From contig OZ286470.1 in the NCBI GenBank assembly GCA_965644265.1, forward strand, positions 37,758,001-37,822,000: a stretch of 64,000 nt of DNA, read 5' to 3'. Made by a program: the position numbers and the translations under genes. The number at the start of each line of letters is the position of its first letter. Positions within the stretch are counted from its first letter, which is position 1. Positions 26,509-36,420 of this stretch are shown piece after piece. This DNA comes from Glycera tridactyla (lineage: Eukaryota). The notes below the pieces were generated by a model that was given only the letters and a program-made list of their open reading frames with translations, was not told the origin of the DNA and ran no database searches.

Positions 26509-27142
26509 ATTTTGCAAATGAAGACAAGGAGGCAAAAATTCATTTCAAACTTTAATATGGTTCTGGCGGAATTTTTACAAAACTGTCCCTGTATGAGGAT
26601 ACTCCTCACACACAACCCCATCTAACGGTGCAGCATCAATGTGCTGCTCCAACCGCAGTCCGAAGATCCCAACGGGACGTACAGCCCCAAAACATTAAAT
26701 TATCAAAATATACAGCTGAACCCAGCTAGCAACCTTTAACACTATATGACATTTGACCTTGAGAATGACCTCAAGGTCACACAATGAAAATAGTCCTATC
26801 GGGACCGACAAATACACAGCTGAACCCAGCTAAAAACTTGAACACACTCTGACCTTGACTCGTGACCTCAAGGTCAATCAGTTTGACATTTGACCTTGAG
26901 AATATCCTCAAGGTCACGTAATGAAAATAGCCCTTCGGGACCCAGAAATTCAAACGTAGCCAACTGGCAACCTGAATGAGCATTTCAATCAATACAAACA
27001 TTACTAATACAGATTATCACATATTCCTGTGCAAAATTATGGGTAGACAGCTGAGATCCAGCTTTATCAAAAACCTGAGATATTTATATAAAATGACATG
27101 ACGAATATATGAAAATTCATGGTGCCCTCATACTTGAGCGCC
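26509..27142 (-). repeat. Ngaro B2 repeat (634 bp)
   Basis: Direct repeat of 27455-28088 with ~7 substitutions. Confidence 0.93.
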
Positions 27143-27222
27143 TTCATACTTGAGCTAATCGGAGGAGCGCAATATTTTTGACAAAATATTGGCAAAATAT
27201 TGAAAAAGGGGAAGGCGGTGGG

Positions 27223-27456
27223 AGTTTCAAATTCCAAGATGGCTGCGAGACCAGCGTACGTCCGCTCTCTCTGAGAAACTGGAAGAAACTGCGCAGTTGA
27301 CTTTCGAGGGTCACGTGACTAGCCGCGCCTCATTTGCATATGACCTAATTACCAAATAAGGCGATACGCCGAATCCGACTTTGAGAAACTAGTGCCGTCG
27401 GCCCCAAAAGACCAGTTGTTTTCACCTGCAAAACCGCCCATCGCGATGAGCTTTAT
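27223..27456 (-). repeat. Ngaro A2 repeat (234 bp)
   Basis: Direct repeat of 34689-34922 with 2 substitutions; abuts B1 and shares AT with it. Confidence 0.93.
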
Positions 27457-28088
27457 TTTGCAAATGAAGACAAGGAGGCAAAAATTCATTTCAAACTTTA
27501 ATATGGTTCTGGCGGAATTTTTACAAAACTGTCCCTGTATGAGGATACTCCTCACACACAACCCCATCTAACGGTGCAGCATCAATGTGCTGCACCAACC
27601 GCAGTCCGAAGATCCCAACGGGACGTACAGCCCCAAAACATTAAATTATCAAAATATACAGCTGAACCCAGCTAGCAACCTTTAACACTATATGACATTT
27701 GACCTTGAGAATGACCTCAAGGTCACACAATGAAAATAGTCCTATCGGGACCGACAAATACACAGCTGAACCCAGCTAAAAACTTGAACACACTCTGACC
27801 TTGACTCGTGACCTCAAGGTCAATCAGTTTGACATTTGACCTTGAGAATGTCCTCAGGGTCACGTAATGAAAATAGCCCTTCGGGACCGAGAAATTCACA
27901 CGTAGCCAACTGGCAACCTGAATGAGCATTTCAATCAATACAAACATTACTAATACAGATTATCACATATTCCTGTGCAAAATTATGGGTAGACAGCTGA
28001 GATCCAGCTTCATCAAAAACCTGAGATATTTATATAAAATGACATGACAAATATATGAAAATTCATGGTGCCCTCATACTTGAGCGCC
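27455..28088 (-). repeat. Ngaro B1 repeat (634 bp)
   Basis: Direct repeat of 26509-27142. Confidence 0.93.
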
Positions 28089-28185
28089 AAGAAGCCTGAA
28101 TACAGAAGGCTGGCGCCATGACACTAGGAAACCCCAAAGAGTCCCCTCAGAAAACCCCCGAAGGACCTTACTCCCCACCACCAAA

Positions 28186-29109
28186 TTACAACTTGATGAC
28201 GGATGGACGGATGTAAGCCAAAAATGCCTGGGATTTCCACCTGCCCATTTCCATGATCCTGGGAACAGACTCCCCAGCAATGGCCCAATCGGAACAGCGT
28301 CCGATTCGGAAACTGTGAGCATTGAAATGTGTGGCATTTAAACCCAAGAAAGTGCAAACTTTAGTCAGAATCGCTCGAATTTCAGCCGGCCTGATCGGTA
28401 GAGAAGACCCCAAACCACGAACGAATAAGGGGCCTGGGGCCAGGCCCCGCATCTTTAAATACGCTGCCATCAACAAAACAGGGCAACTTTTTGTATCTAC
28501 ACGAGATTGCACCTGGAACCGGCGTTGAGCCCCATTTGAGTGTTTATATGATCTAAACAATACCTGATATTCCACCACTCTCCCCTGTGTCACAACCTTA
28601 TCAACATCACTTAATAACAGACAGTGTGGCCCTTCAGAATATTCAGAAATGCGCATACATAGGGTATAAGCCCACATGAAAACAGCTCTGTACATAACCA
28701 CATTCCAAGTAGAGCCCATACAATGAGGAATAGCATCAATGAACATACGCAACAAATCCCAAGTCACCGGACGCCTGATGTCAGTAGAAGGAACAATCTT
28801 CTTGACACCTTGTAACACTTTCCGCACCCTATAGTCACAAGTACAGTCATTCAAACCCCTCCATTTGAAACCATGAGCCAGGGCAGACAATTTTGTGGCT
28901 ATGGTAGACCCCTTGAAACCTAGCTTCGCCAGATGGGCAACATAAAGGCAGACTGTACTCGGATCGCTGAACATGTCCTGGAAACCCTTGGTCTGGCAAA
29001 ATAATACATATTCCGCCCATATTCTATTGTACAAAACCAGGGTTTTGCCCGAAAAAGCAGCATGCATCAAATTCAAAGCTTCAACCCTGAGCTCGTCGGA
29101 ATCCAGCAA
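28186..29109 (-). CDS. Ngaro tyrosine recombinase
   Basis: Catalytic residues intact: CMRISE (R), YKHS (K), HSFR, GRWKSQAFLAY (W, Y). First in-frame ATG at 29067. Confidence 0.92.
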   Translation of the reverse strand: MLDSDELRVEALNLMHAAFSGKTLVLYNRIWAEYVLFCQTKGFQDMFSDPSTVCLYVAHLAKLGFKGSTIATKLSALAHGFKWRGLNDCTCDYRVRKVLQGVKKIVPSTDIRRPVTWDLLRMFIDAIPHCMGSTWNVVMYRAVFMWAYTLCMRISEYSEGPHCLLLSDVDKVVTQGRVVEYQVLFRSYKHSNGAQRRFQVQSRVDTKSCPVLLMAAYLKMRGLAPGPLFVRGLGSSLPIRPAEIRAILTKVCTFLGLNATHFNAHSFRIGRCSDWAIAGESVPRIMEMGRWKSQAFLAYIRPSVIKL

Positions 29110-30827
29110 CTCGGCACTGGGATCGGGTTGGCTGCAAAACCCATGTGTCGCATCTCCTCCCTCGACACCTGAAAACGTGACAAGCGGTCCGGAATGACAT
29201 TATCTATCCCTGGAATGTGTTCGGATACAAACCAAATGTTATAGCATAACGCATACAGCGCAATGCGTCTGATCAGAGACATGACTAGTTTCTCCTTGGA
29301 TGATTTTGCATTAAGACATTGCACAATGGCAGCATTGTCACAGTGAAAAATAATTTTCCTCCCTTCAAAAATCTCATGATACACAACAAATGCTACAAAT
29401 ATAGGGTACAATTCCAACAGCGTGATGTTGTAACCCTGCCATTCCACAGGGTACCCAAATTGCATCCAAGACTTACCAAAAACCAGGCCCGCCCCTTGTG
29501 GGCAAGCATCAGTGAATACATGCAGTTTGTTGTCCCTCTGCCAATCAACCCCTCTCAGAATACATCTGCCATTGAAATTTGCCAAAAAGAATTGCCAAAG
29601 TGCCAAATCCTCCTTCATTTCCGCATTGATACGAACATAATGAAAAGGTTTGACCACCCCGATTGTGGCGTCATATAATCGCCTCAGAAACGGCTTTCCG
29701 GGCAAAATAACATCCGTGGCCCACTGCAATTTTCCCAAAAGGGTCTGAAAGTCTGATAAGCGACACTTATCCCTGGACAACATCTCCGACACCAACTCGG
29801 AATAGTTTCTCAACTTTACCACATCAAGGGAGGCCAACATTTCAACGGTTGATAGTTGAACACCCAGATAGGTCAAAACCTGGCTGGGACCCACAGTTTT
29901 GTTCTGAGCGAGAGGTATCCCAATATCATTACATAAAGCTTGGATTTTTTGAAGTGCCAACAAACATGCATTATGTGAAACATCCGCCACCCAGAAATCA
30001 TCCACCATATGAGTGATATGCTTGATACCCAGTTTGTAAGAAATGACCCATTCAAGGGCCGAACTGAATGCCTCAAATATGCGACAAGAGGAAGCCGCCC
30101 CCATGGCCAAACATTTGTCATAATAGTACAAGTTCTTGACTCTGAAACCCAATAAATGATATTGAGAAGGAACGATAGGAATGAGTCTGAAAGCCTCTGA
30201 AATGTCAGTCTTGGCCATGAATGACAGCCTGCCCAGCTCAACCACATGACTTATGGCATCTTGAATCGATGCATACTGCACCGACTTCAAATTCTCTGGA
30301 ATATTACCATTGATTGAGGTGTTATCATAAGGATAAGAGAGGTTGTGGATTAATCTAAATTTCCCCGGGGTGGATTTTGGAATTAATGCCAACGGAGAGA
30401 CCTGAAAAGCATCAAAAGGAGGGGAAACAAAGGGGCCAGCAATCCTGCCCAGTGATAATTCCTTCTCAAGAAATTTCTCAACCTCAAAAGGTAGTTGTGA
30501 AATGGAACGGGCGTTTGGAGCTGAAGTGCATTTTTGACTATCAACATAACCCAGCAGAAAACCTCTGGAAAAACCCTCCACTAGAAAATCGCGCTTCTCC
30601 AAATCATACCCTTCCAACCAAAAAGATAATTTACTGCAGTCTATCGGAGTTGGAAGAATTGGAGCGACCTCCCCGTTGACCAGCTCCTCCCGTTCTAATG
30701 GAGGAACCACCTGGTACACCATTTTGCCTGCATGTGTAGATGGTATGTCTGCCTCTGGTGCAAGGGCATTCATGCTTGTACTTGCAGAATTGGTTGGTGC
30801 ATCTCCTATCAACAGAATGGTAAGCAA
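29073..30827 (-). CDS. Ngaro reverse transcriptase / RNase H
   Basis: FRLIHNLS, KTDISEAFRLIP, LAMGAASS, HMVDDF, TDAC, ITLLELYP, HCDN, PDRLSR. Overlaps gag and YR. Confidence 0.92.
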   Translation of the reverse strand: MLTILLIGDAPTNSASTSMNALAPEADIPSTHAGKMVYQVVPPLEREELVNGEVAPILPTPIDCSKLSFWLEGYDLEKRDFLVEGFSRGFLLGYVDSQKCTSAPNARSISQLPFEVEKFLEKELSLGRIAGPFVSPPFDAFQVSPLALIPKSTPGKFRLIHNLSYPYDNTSINGNIPENLKSVQYASIQDAISHVVELGRLSFMAKTDISEAFRLIPIVPSQYHLLGFRVKNLYYYDKCLAMGAASSCRIFEAFSSALEWVISYKLGIKHITHMVDDFWVADVSHNACLLALQKIQALCNDIGIPLAQNKTVGPSQVLTYLGVQLSTVEMLASLDVVKLRNYSELVSEMLSRDKCRLSDFQTLLGKLQWATDVILPGKPFLRRLYDATIGVVKPFHYVRINAEMKEDLALWQFFLANFNGRCILRGVDWQRDNKLHVFTDACPQGAGLVFGKSWMQFGYPVEWQGYNITLLELYPIFVAFVVYHEIFEGRKIIFHCDNAAIVQCLNAKSSKEKLVMSLIRRIALYALCYNIWFVSEHIPGIDNVIPDRLSRFQVSREEMRHMGFAANPIPVPSCWIPTSSGLKL

Positions 30828-32343
30828 AGCAATAGCCAGGGGGTGGCTTTACAGAGTCCTTGGGGGCCTCCCCGGGATTGGTGTTCTGGAAACCCCTACC
30901 CCTGCCTCTACCTGTAGACCAGGCAGAAGGTCTGGACAAGTTTGAACCATGCAAGGCCCACGTGAACAAATCCAGGCGCATACAATTCCAACCATAAGGG
31001 TTATCAGCGAGCGCCGCCCTGTCCAATCTGAACTGCTTATCATAAGCCAGAAAATTCCCACCTAAATCAGCCAACCTCCTCACTTCATGGGCATAGGTGA
31101 ACAAATGAGGTAAATCACCAATCAAATCCGGCTTCAGGATGTACACTCCCGTAAACACCTCAAATGCTCTGGACCAATCTCGAATGGAACGAATTTCTTT
31201 CTTATCCCGAGTTAACAAAATTTGACCTCCTATAGGATTGAGAGAAAAATTAAACTTGTCTGCCTGCTCCGGGTCCAGCAGCACATGCAATTCCACATAC
31301 TCATTGTTCCAGATCTTATCCTCAATTTTTTGATCTATGGAAAAACCTAAAGGAAGGCCACCAGAGAGAATTCTACGAGGTTTAGGTTCATCAATTCTGA
31401 ACGTGACTGAGTGATCAGGCTCTTGAACGGTCCTTACAGCACCACCGACTGTCGTCGGCACTGCTATAGCATCTAAACCCAAAATATTACCAGTACAGGA
31501 GGCATCAGTGGGTACAACCACATCCGCACTATGTAAAACAGCATCAGCAGCTGCCAAAGCAGCACCTTTGGTCACAATATTCTGCACAGCTGGGTTTTCA
31601 TTTACACTTGAAATAGTCTGCGAAACAAACACATTTGAGGGCACAGAGGTACCAGTGATGGCACTACATACATTTGACATTTTTGCGTGAGAAGCAGATA
31701 TCATACCTGGGCACGACTGCACTACCGACACTGGCGCAGGGAGAACATTGACGGGAGGCGCTACCGCCTCTTGTGTCGGAACTTGGCTCGTAACTGATCC
31801 CAATTGTGGAGCACGAAAAGGAGCACTGGGCTGAGCAGAATTATTTTTCATCCAAGTGTGAATGTCACCAATAGTGCTGGTTAATGACTTAAATTGAGTG
31901 GCAGTCTGGGACATAAAGGCATCCAATTTCAAGGCCAAGGTGTCAGAGTCCTGGCCATCAGCAACTGCAGATGATATACCAGATTGCTGGCCCAGTATCA
32001 AACTATCCCCCGAAGAACCAGCATCAGATGAATAAATTAACTGGGAAACTGAGATTCCATTATCCAGACTTATGATAGGATCCAGTTCACCCACTGACTG
32101 CGGAGCTGAGCCTAAAGCTGCTGGTTTCCTTTTGGATGGTCGAGATGTTGGCTCATCTATGAACCTATCTAACACAGCATCATCCAGATAGGACGTACTG
32201 TCCTTACTGCTCTGCAAGACAGGCTCCACTGACATGAGCTGGCGGACTTCAGACAATGTGTCCTCCTGTTCCTGGAGCTTCCGTGATTTCGAGGTTTTTC
32301 GTTTAGCAGAAATGTCTGCAGAAACAGACCGTTTGTCCGCCAT
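30631..32343 (-). CDS. Ngaro gag-like ORF with C-terminal Cys/His knuckle
   Basis: 570-aa intact ORF: WSRAFEVF, YDKQFR, CFAYH...C...CKYKHECPC..GRH....C. Confidence 0.85.
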   Translation of the reverse strand: MADKRSVSADISAKRKTSKSRKLQEQEDTLSEVRQLMSVEPVLQSSKDSTSYLDDAVLDRFIDEPTSRPSKRKPAALGSAPQSVGELDPIISLDNGISVSQLIYSSDAGSSGDSLILGQQSGISSAVADGQDSDTLALKLDAFMSQTATQFKSLTSTIGDIHTWMKNNSAQPSAPFRAPQLGSVTSQVPTQEAVAPPVNVLPAPVSVVQSCPGMISASHAKMSNVCSAITGTSVPSNVFVSQTISSVNENPAVQNIVTKGAALAAADAVLHSADVVVPTDASCTGNILGLDAIAVPTTVGGAVRTVQEPDHSVTFRIDEPKPRRILSGGLPLGFSIDQKIEDKIWNNEYVELHVLLDPEQADKFNFSLNPIGGQILLTRDKKEIRSIRDWSRAFEVFTGVYILKPDLIGDLPHLFTYAHEVRRLADLGGNFLAYDKQFRLDRAALADNPYGWNCMRLDLFTWALHGSNLSRPSAWSTGRGRGRGFQNTNPGEAPKDSVKPPPGYCFAYHSVDRRCTNQFCKYKHECPCTRGRHTIYTCRQNGVPGGSSIRTGGAGQRGGRSNSSNSDRLQ

Positions 32344-33639
32344 GACCTGTCAAAAAACGGACCAAATTAGATCCTATAAATAGCTCAGACCATCCAAACT
32401 GAGACCAGCTTGTAAAAGATTGAAAATTCATAGTGAGGCAGGCGACCCTACTCACAGGCCAAACAGTATGTTGACTTTGCAAGGGATGTGCTCCATCCTG
32501 AGCCAAATACCAGCACATAAACTGACAATACACAGGTGGTGGCTGAATGCACCAGCACACTCATAAATCCCCAGGACCATCTTACCATGAAATATGAACA
32601 TGAAAGACTTCACATTAATGATAAATAAATGTTTGATTTGTCATCACCACATAAATGACCTTGACCTTGAGACGCCCTCAAGGTCAAGAAAATTCACCAT
32701 AAATGCACAGTTGGCCCCTGGATCACAAAATATGGTACAAAGCACCCGGCAAATCCAATGACCTGTACCCTTATTCACAAGCCTCCTCAGACAAGAGAAG
32801 CCTACTAGTAAGTAGTCTACAACCAGTCACAAATTTGCATAAATTACTTATGTCAAAAGGCCCACTATACAGGCAGTGGTGAATAAGAACCATCCAGTAC
32901 TCAAAAATTGGTAGTCTGAGTGAATACACCACTCAACTCTGAGAAAATTCCTGAGATTGACACAGTGCTTGCAGTTAATACAAACATCTAAACACAATTC
33001 TTGGCAGCAAGCACAATTAATGCAAACAGCAGTGCCAGTACTGGAGAATCAAATTCAACCAGCAATAAGTTCCGAGTGTGTGCAACACCCAATTCCTAGA
33101 GATCCTCACAGAGGAAGGTAACCTTCAAACAAAGGTCTGCAGCCCACATCTGTGCCCAACCCCCACACACAACATCATAACGGATACACCAGCATGGGGA
33201 ACCAGCTATCACGCTGGAACGCATGAACACTGCATTAATACTACAAAACCAGGCAATGTGCATACTCAAACTGCCACTTCAGCATGATGTCCAAATTTGC
33301 AGGAACTTACTATTGATTTCCAACCAACAGGCACATACAATAACCAAATTGCAGCATAAGTAACCAGGAATCACTGAGTACCGAATGTAACATGCAAGTT
33401 ATCAGTGGCTACACCCAGCAACTACCATTTACAAAAACAAATACAATAATATACCTTACAAGTCTGTTTGTCAACAATCACGTCCTGTCTTCAGCATAAC
33501 AAACTCACAAATGAAGGACAGCGCCATATGGGCGAAATGGAAGGACGGGACCGTCTGCCCAGAATCTCGTGCGCCCAGCCTGAAAACATTTGGCGGCAAA
33601 ATTATATCCGCGTCCGATAGGCTGCGTCTGCCGGAGTCG

Positions 33640-33705
33640 CCCAGCACCCCGCGGCCAATCAGGAGGCGTCCAAAATGGCGGCAAAATGAGCTCCGCCCAC
33701 ACGGC
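33640..33705. promoter_or_regulatory. Putative internal promoter between the SGNH ORF and gag
   Basis: GC-rich island with CCAAT (33655-33659), YY1-type CAAAATGGCGGC (33671-33682) and GC box CTCCGCCCAC (33691-33700). Function is inferred only. Confidence 0.4.
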
Positions 33706-33863
33706 AGGCACCCACGTGTCCCAGACTAGTCCCGGCAAAGGAATACATGTCTCCCCGTAAACAAACGACAAGCATACAACTTATCGACACAATAAACACA
33801 ATTTCAAACAACTGTTACAAACATCAGTTAAATTCACAAGAAAAGGATACGCAGACGAACCCC

Positions 33864-34625
33864 TCAGAATCCGGCCGCCATGTCGAGATCGGCGGCATGA
33901 GCCTCCGCCGCCAGCGGGACCGCCGCGAGGAGAGCTGCCCTGAAGTTGCGGCGATTCTTTCGATATCCCTCCGAATCCGGATGACTGTCTGGATGGACTC
34001 CATCCGGAGCGTACTGCTCCACGGGGAGCTCATCACCGTAGGGTGTTTCCGTAAATCCCTTCATTTTATGGACACGGAAAGAGAGTTGATGGTAGCAAAG
34101 CGCCTGCAGGCGAGTGTTGAAAGTGTTCATCCTGGTTTTGAACACTTCCTGCGTGAATGGGTATCCCACGCTCCTGTTAATACATGTGAGGAACACAACC
34201 AAACGTACTCCCAGTTCCGAGATCAAGCGAATTCCAACTGAGAAAACTCTGTCAGCAACATCCGTGGGGTCATTTTGCAACTCGCAAAGATCGTTCGTGC
34301 CCAAACACATTATGGCAAACATCGGTGTCGTGTCAGCCACGGAAGCAATCGCGTTGTCAATGCTAGCTCCATCCAGAGTTGTAGAGACAGCAAAATTCAA
34401 TCCCGAGATGATTCTCTCCACATTGAGATAATAGGAATACAATTCCCCGTGACCAACAAAGTTCTGTAGGCCATCCGCAGCAATGCAATCGTCCAGATCT
34501 CTGCGCAGCCAACGAACAAAACTATGGCCGAAGACCAATCCCTGTACAGGCTCCTCAAATCGAGGAGAACACGAAACCAGTGCTTTCCTCCTCCTTCTCG
34601 CAGCAGCCGTCTTGCTCCTCGGCAT
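33864..34625 (-). CDS. SGNH/GDSL hydrolase ORF of the Ngaro element (~253 aa)
   Basis: Block I GHSFV, block III LGTND, block V DGVHP. The ATG at 34625 lies just inside the element, downstream of A1. Confidence 0.82.
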   Translation of the reverse strand: MPRSKTAAARRRRKALVSCSPRFEEPVQGLVFGHSFVRWLRRDLDDCIAADGLQNFVGHGELYSYYLNVERIISGLNFAVSTTLDGASIDNAIASVADTTPMFAIMCLGTNDLCELQNDPTDVADRVFSVGIRLISELGVRLVVFLTCINRSVGYPFTQEVFKTRMNTFNTRLQALCYHQLSFRVHKMKGFTETPYGDELPVEQYAPDGVHPDSHPDSEGYRKNRRNFRAALLAAVPLAAEAHAADLDMAAGF

Positions 34626-34688
34626 AATGTCCGCAGGAAAACGTATCCAGAATCTCAGAAAGGAACGAAAAACTCGAGGTACACTCGA

Positions 34689-34922
34689 AGTTTCAAATTC
34701 CAAGATGGCTGCGAGACCAGCGTACGTCCGCTCTCTCTGAGAAACTGGAAGAAACTGCGCAGTTGACTTTCAAGGGTCACGTGACTAGCCGCGCCTCATT
34801 TGCATATGACCTAATTACCAAATAAGGCGATACGCCAAATCCGACTTTGAGAAACTAGTGCCGTCGGCCCCAAAAGACCAGTTGTTTTCACCTGCAAAAC
34901 CGCCCATCGCGATGAGCTTTAT
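34689..34922 (-). repeat. Ngaro A1 repeat (5' end), carrying E-box and octamer motifs
   Basis: Matches A2. GTCACGTGAC at 34776-34785 and ATTTGCAT at 34798-34805. Confidence 0.9.
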
Positions 34923-35436
34923 ATTGAATTACTCTCAAACGCCAGACGGACAGACGCACAGCCGGACAGATGCACAGACGCACAGACGGACGGCTCCAAA
35001 CATAATGCTCAACAGTCACGATATTCGAGTCGAAACTCGCTCTCGGAACGCAATCGTGAGGTAAAAAAACCTGCAAACACGCAGCTGTCAAACTCCACTC
35101 GGAGCGCGTCTAACGCAACGAAAACATCATTTCAAACAATCAATATGGATATTCTCAATCCTCCTGTATGGAACCAGCCTAATCGACACGGCGATGCGCA
35201 GTTTCACCCCTGGACAGCGCTACCCCTTCCGTGCTACAGCACGAAGCCCAACGTAAACTGTCACCGATTACAAAGTTCGCAAAACTATCCTATGCACATT
35301 CAAGATCGTGATATGAATCCTTTTGTTTTGTATATCATCAATCCGATATGTATATCGCAACGTGGATAGCCGTAGGCCTCGTAAAAAGCGATTTTTACAG
35401 AGCCCAGGTATTCCTCAACCTTCTCGTACGACGCGA

Positions 35437-35620
35437 AGTTGAAAAATACAGAGTACTCGGTAGTTGCTAGGGGCAACAACAGTCCCATCTGCCATCTGGA
35501 GGAACTACCGGCGGCCGGGAGAGACACCCCTAAATAGGATTCTTATTGTTTTAATGTTCGCACGTAGGCCTATCGGCCCAGGGAATGCTAAATTTGAGGG
35601 AGAAATGGTACAGATAGATC
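35437..35620 (-). repeat. DIRS1 5' ITR
   Basis: Reverse complement of 19397-19580; ends in GATC (35617-35620). Confidence 0.9.
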
Positions 35621-35775
35621 AATTATTCTCATTATCTAATCAAGTGCAGAGAAGGAGTAACAAAAGCGATACCGACCAAACTTAACACAGATAACCAAAT
35701 GAAGGAAGAGATGAAGAAATGCTTGATGTTAGCCAGTAGCCTGAGGAGGCTCTGAGGCATGTCATTGCTCAGGTC

Positions 35776-36420
35776 CAACTGCTCCTTATATGTAGATGAC
35801 TCTCTCCTTTGTCATGAAGCTGGACAAAAGACAATGGAAGGAGGCTCAAGCAGACACTCTACAAATTTCAAGACCCACGAGGATGCCTCAAACGTTCTGG
35901 ATCCGAAGCTGCGTGGATGCTGTTCTGCAGGTCATTGAGGTGTCATGGAGAATCTGAGTTCTTTCTGTGTGAATTAGCATTACTATTACCATGGTGGTGC
36001 AAACAAAATCTTCAAGACTCCTTTCCGAAAATCTTGAATACTTCTTTTCGACTGTCGACTGACATTCAACCACATCATTCAGCAACTCACAATGAAATGC
36101 CTCCGGGCACCTGACTTGCTGAGTATCCTTTCACATTCGGGCTGAGTTCTGTTGAGGAGACATTTCTAATGGTTTGCTATTCATTTGTCCGATGGTTTAT
36201 TGCTGTGCATACTCTCAAAATGCTTCTAGCCTCTCACACATCGCCCATTGAAAGTACCAATCAGCACTTAGAAGAATACACTCACTAGATAACCTCCCCG
36301 CATGCACCCTTGGGATCGCTTTCATTACCCTGAATAGTTTGTTCGGAATCACTTCCATTTCTGTTTTCAGGTATAGATCTATTGTAGCCATCGTCATATT
36401 GGAAGCTACGGGGAGGATTC
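35776..36420 (+). mobile_element. Degenerate LINE RT relic (I/Nimb-like), right part
   Basis: NCSLYVDD (YVDD at 35789-35800), MLFCRSLRCH, LFDCRLTFNHIIQQLTMKCLRAPDLLSILSH, YRSIV. Continues the relic at 18880-19365. Confidence 0.78.

Larger units (their letters stand above)
26509..34922 (-). mobile_element. Ngaro-type YR retrotransposon, intact, 8.4 kb, nested in the DIRS1 5' region
   Basis: Split direct repeats: A1 34689-34922, B1 27455-28088, A2 27223-27456, B2 26509-27142. All four ORFs are uninterrupted and the repeat copies differ by ~1%. Confidence 0.93.
19366..35620 (-). mobile_element. DIRS1-type tyrosine-recombinase retrotransposon (decayed; ~7.8 kb net of the nested Ngaro)
   Basis: Inverted terminal repeats, a right extension and an ICR complementary to both ends. 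Gag, RT, RNaseH, MT and YR coding regions are present. Confidence 0.92.

Noticed and set aside
19366-35620. Prokaryotic system (retron, DGR or prophage) suggested by RT + integrase + Dam-like domain
   Set aside because: The ITR/ICR and split direct repeats, the gag ORFs and the intron-containing host genes identify eukaryotic DIRS1 and Ngaro elements.
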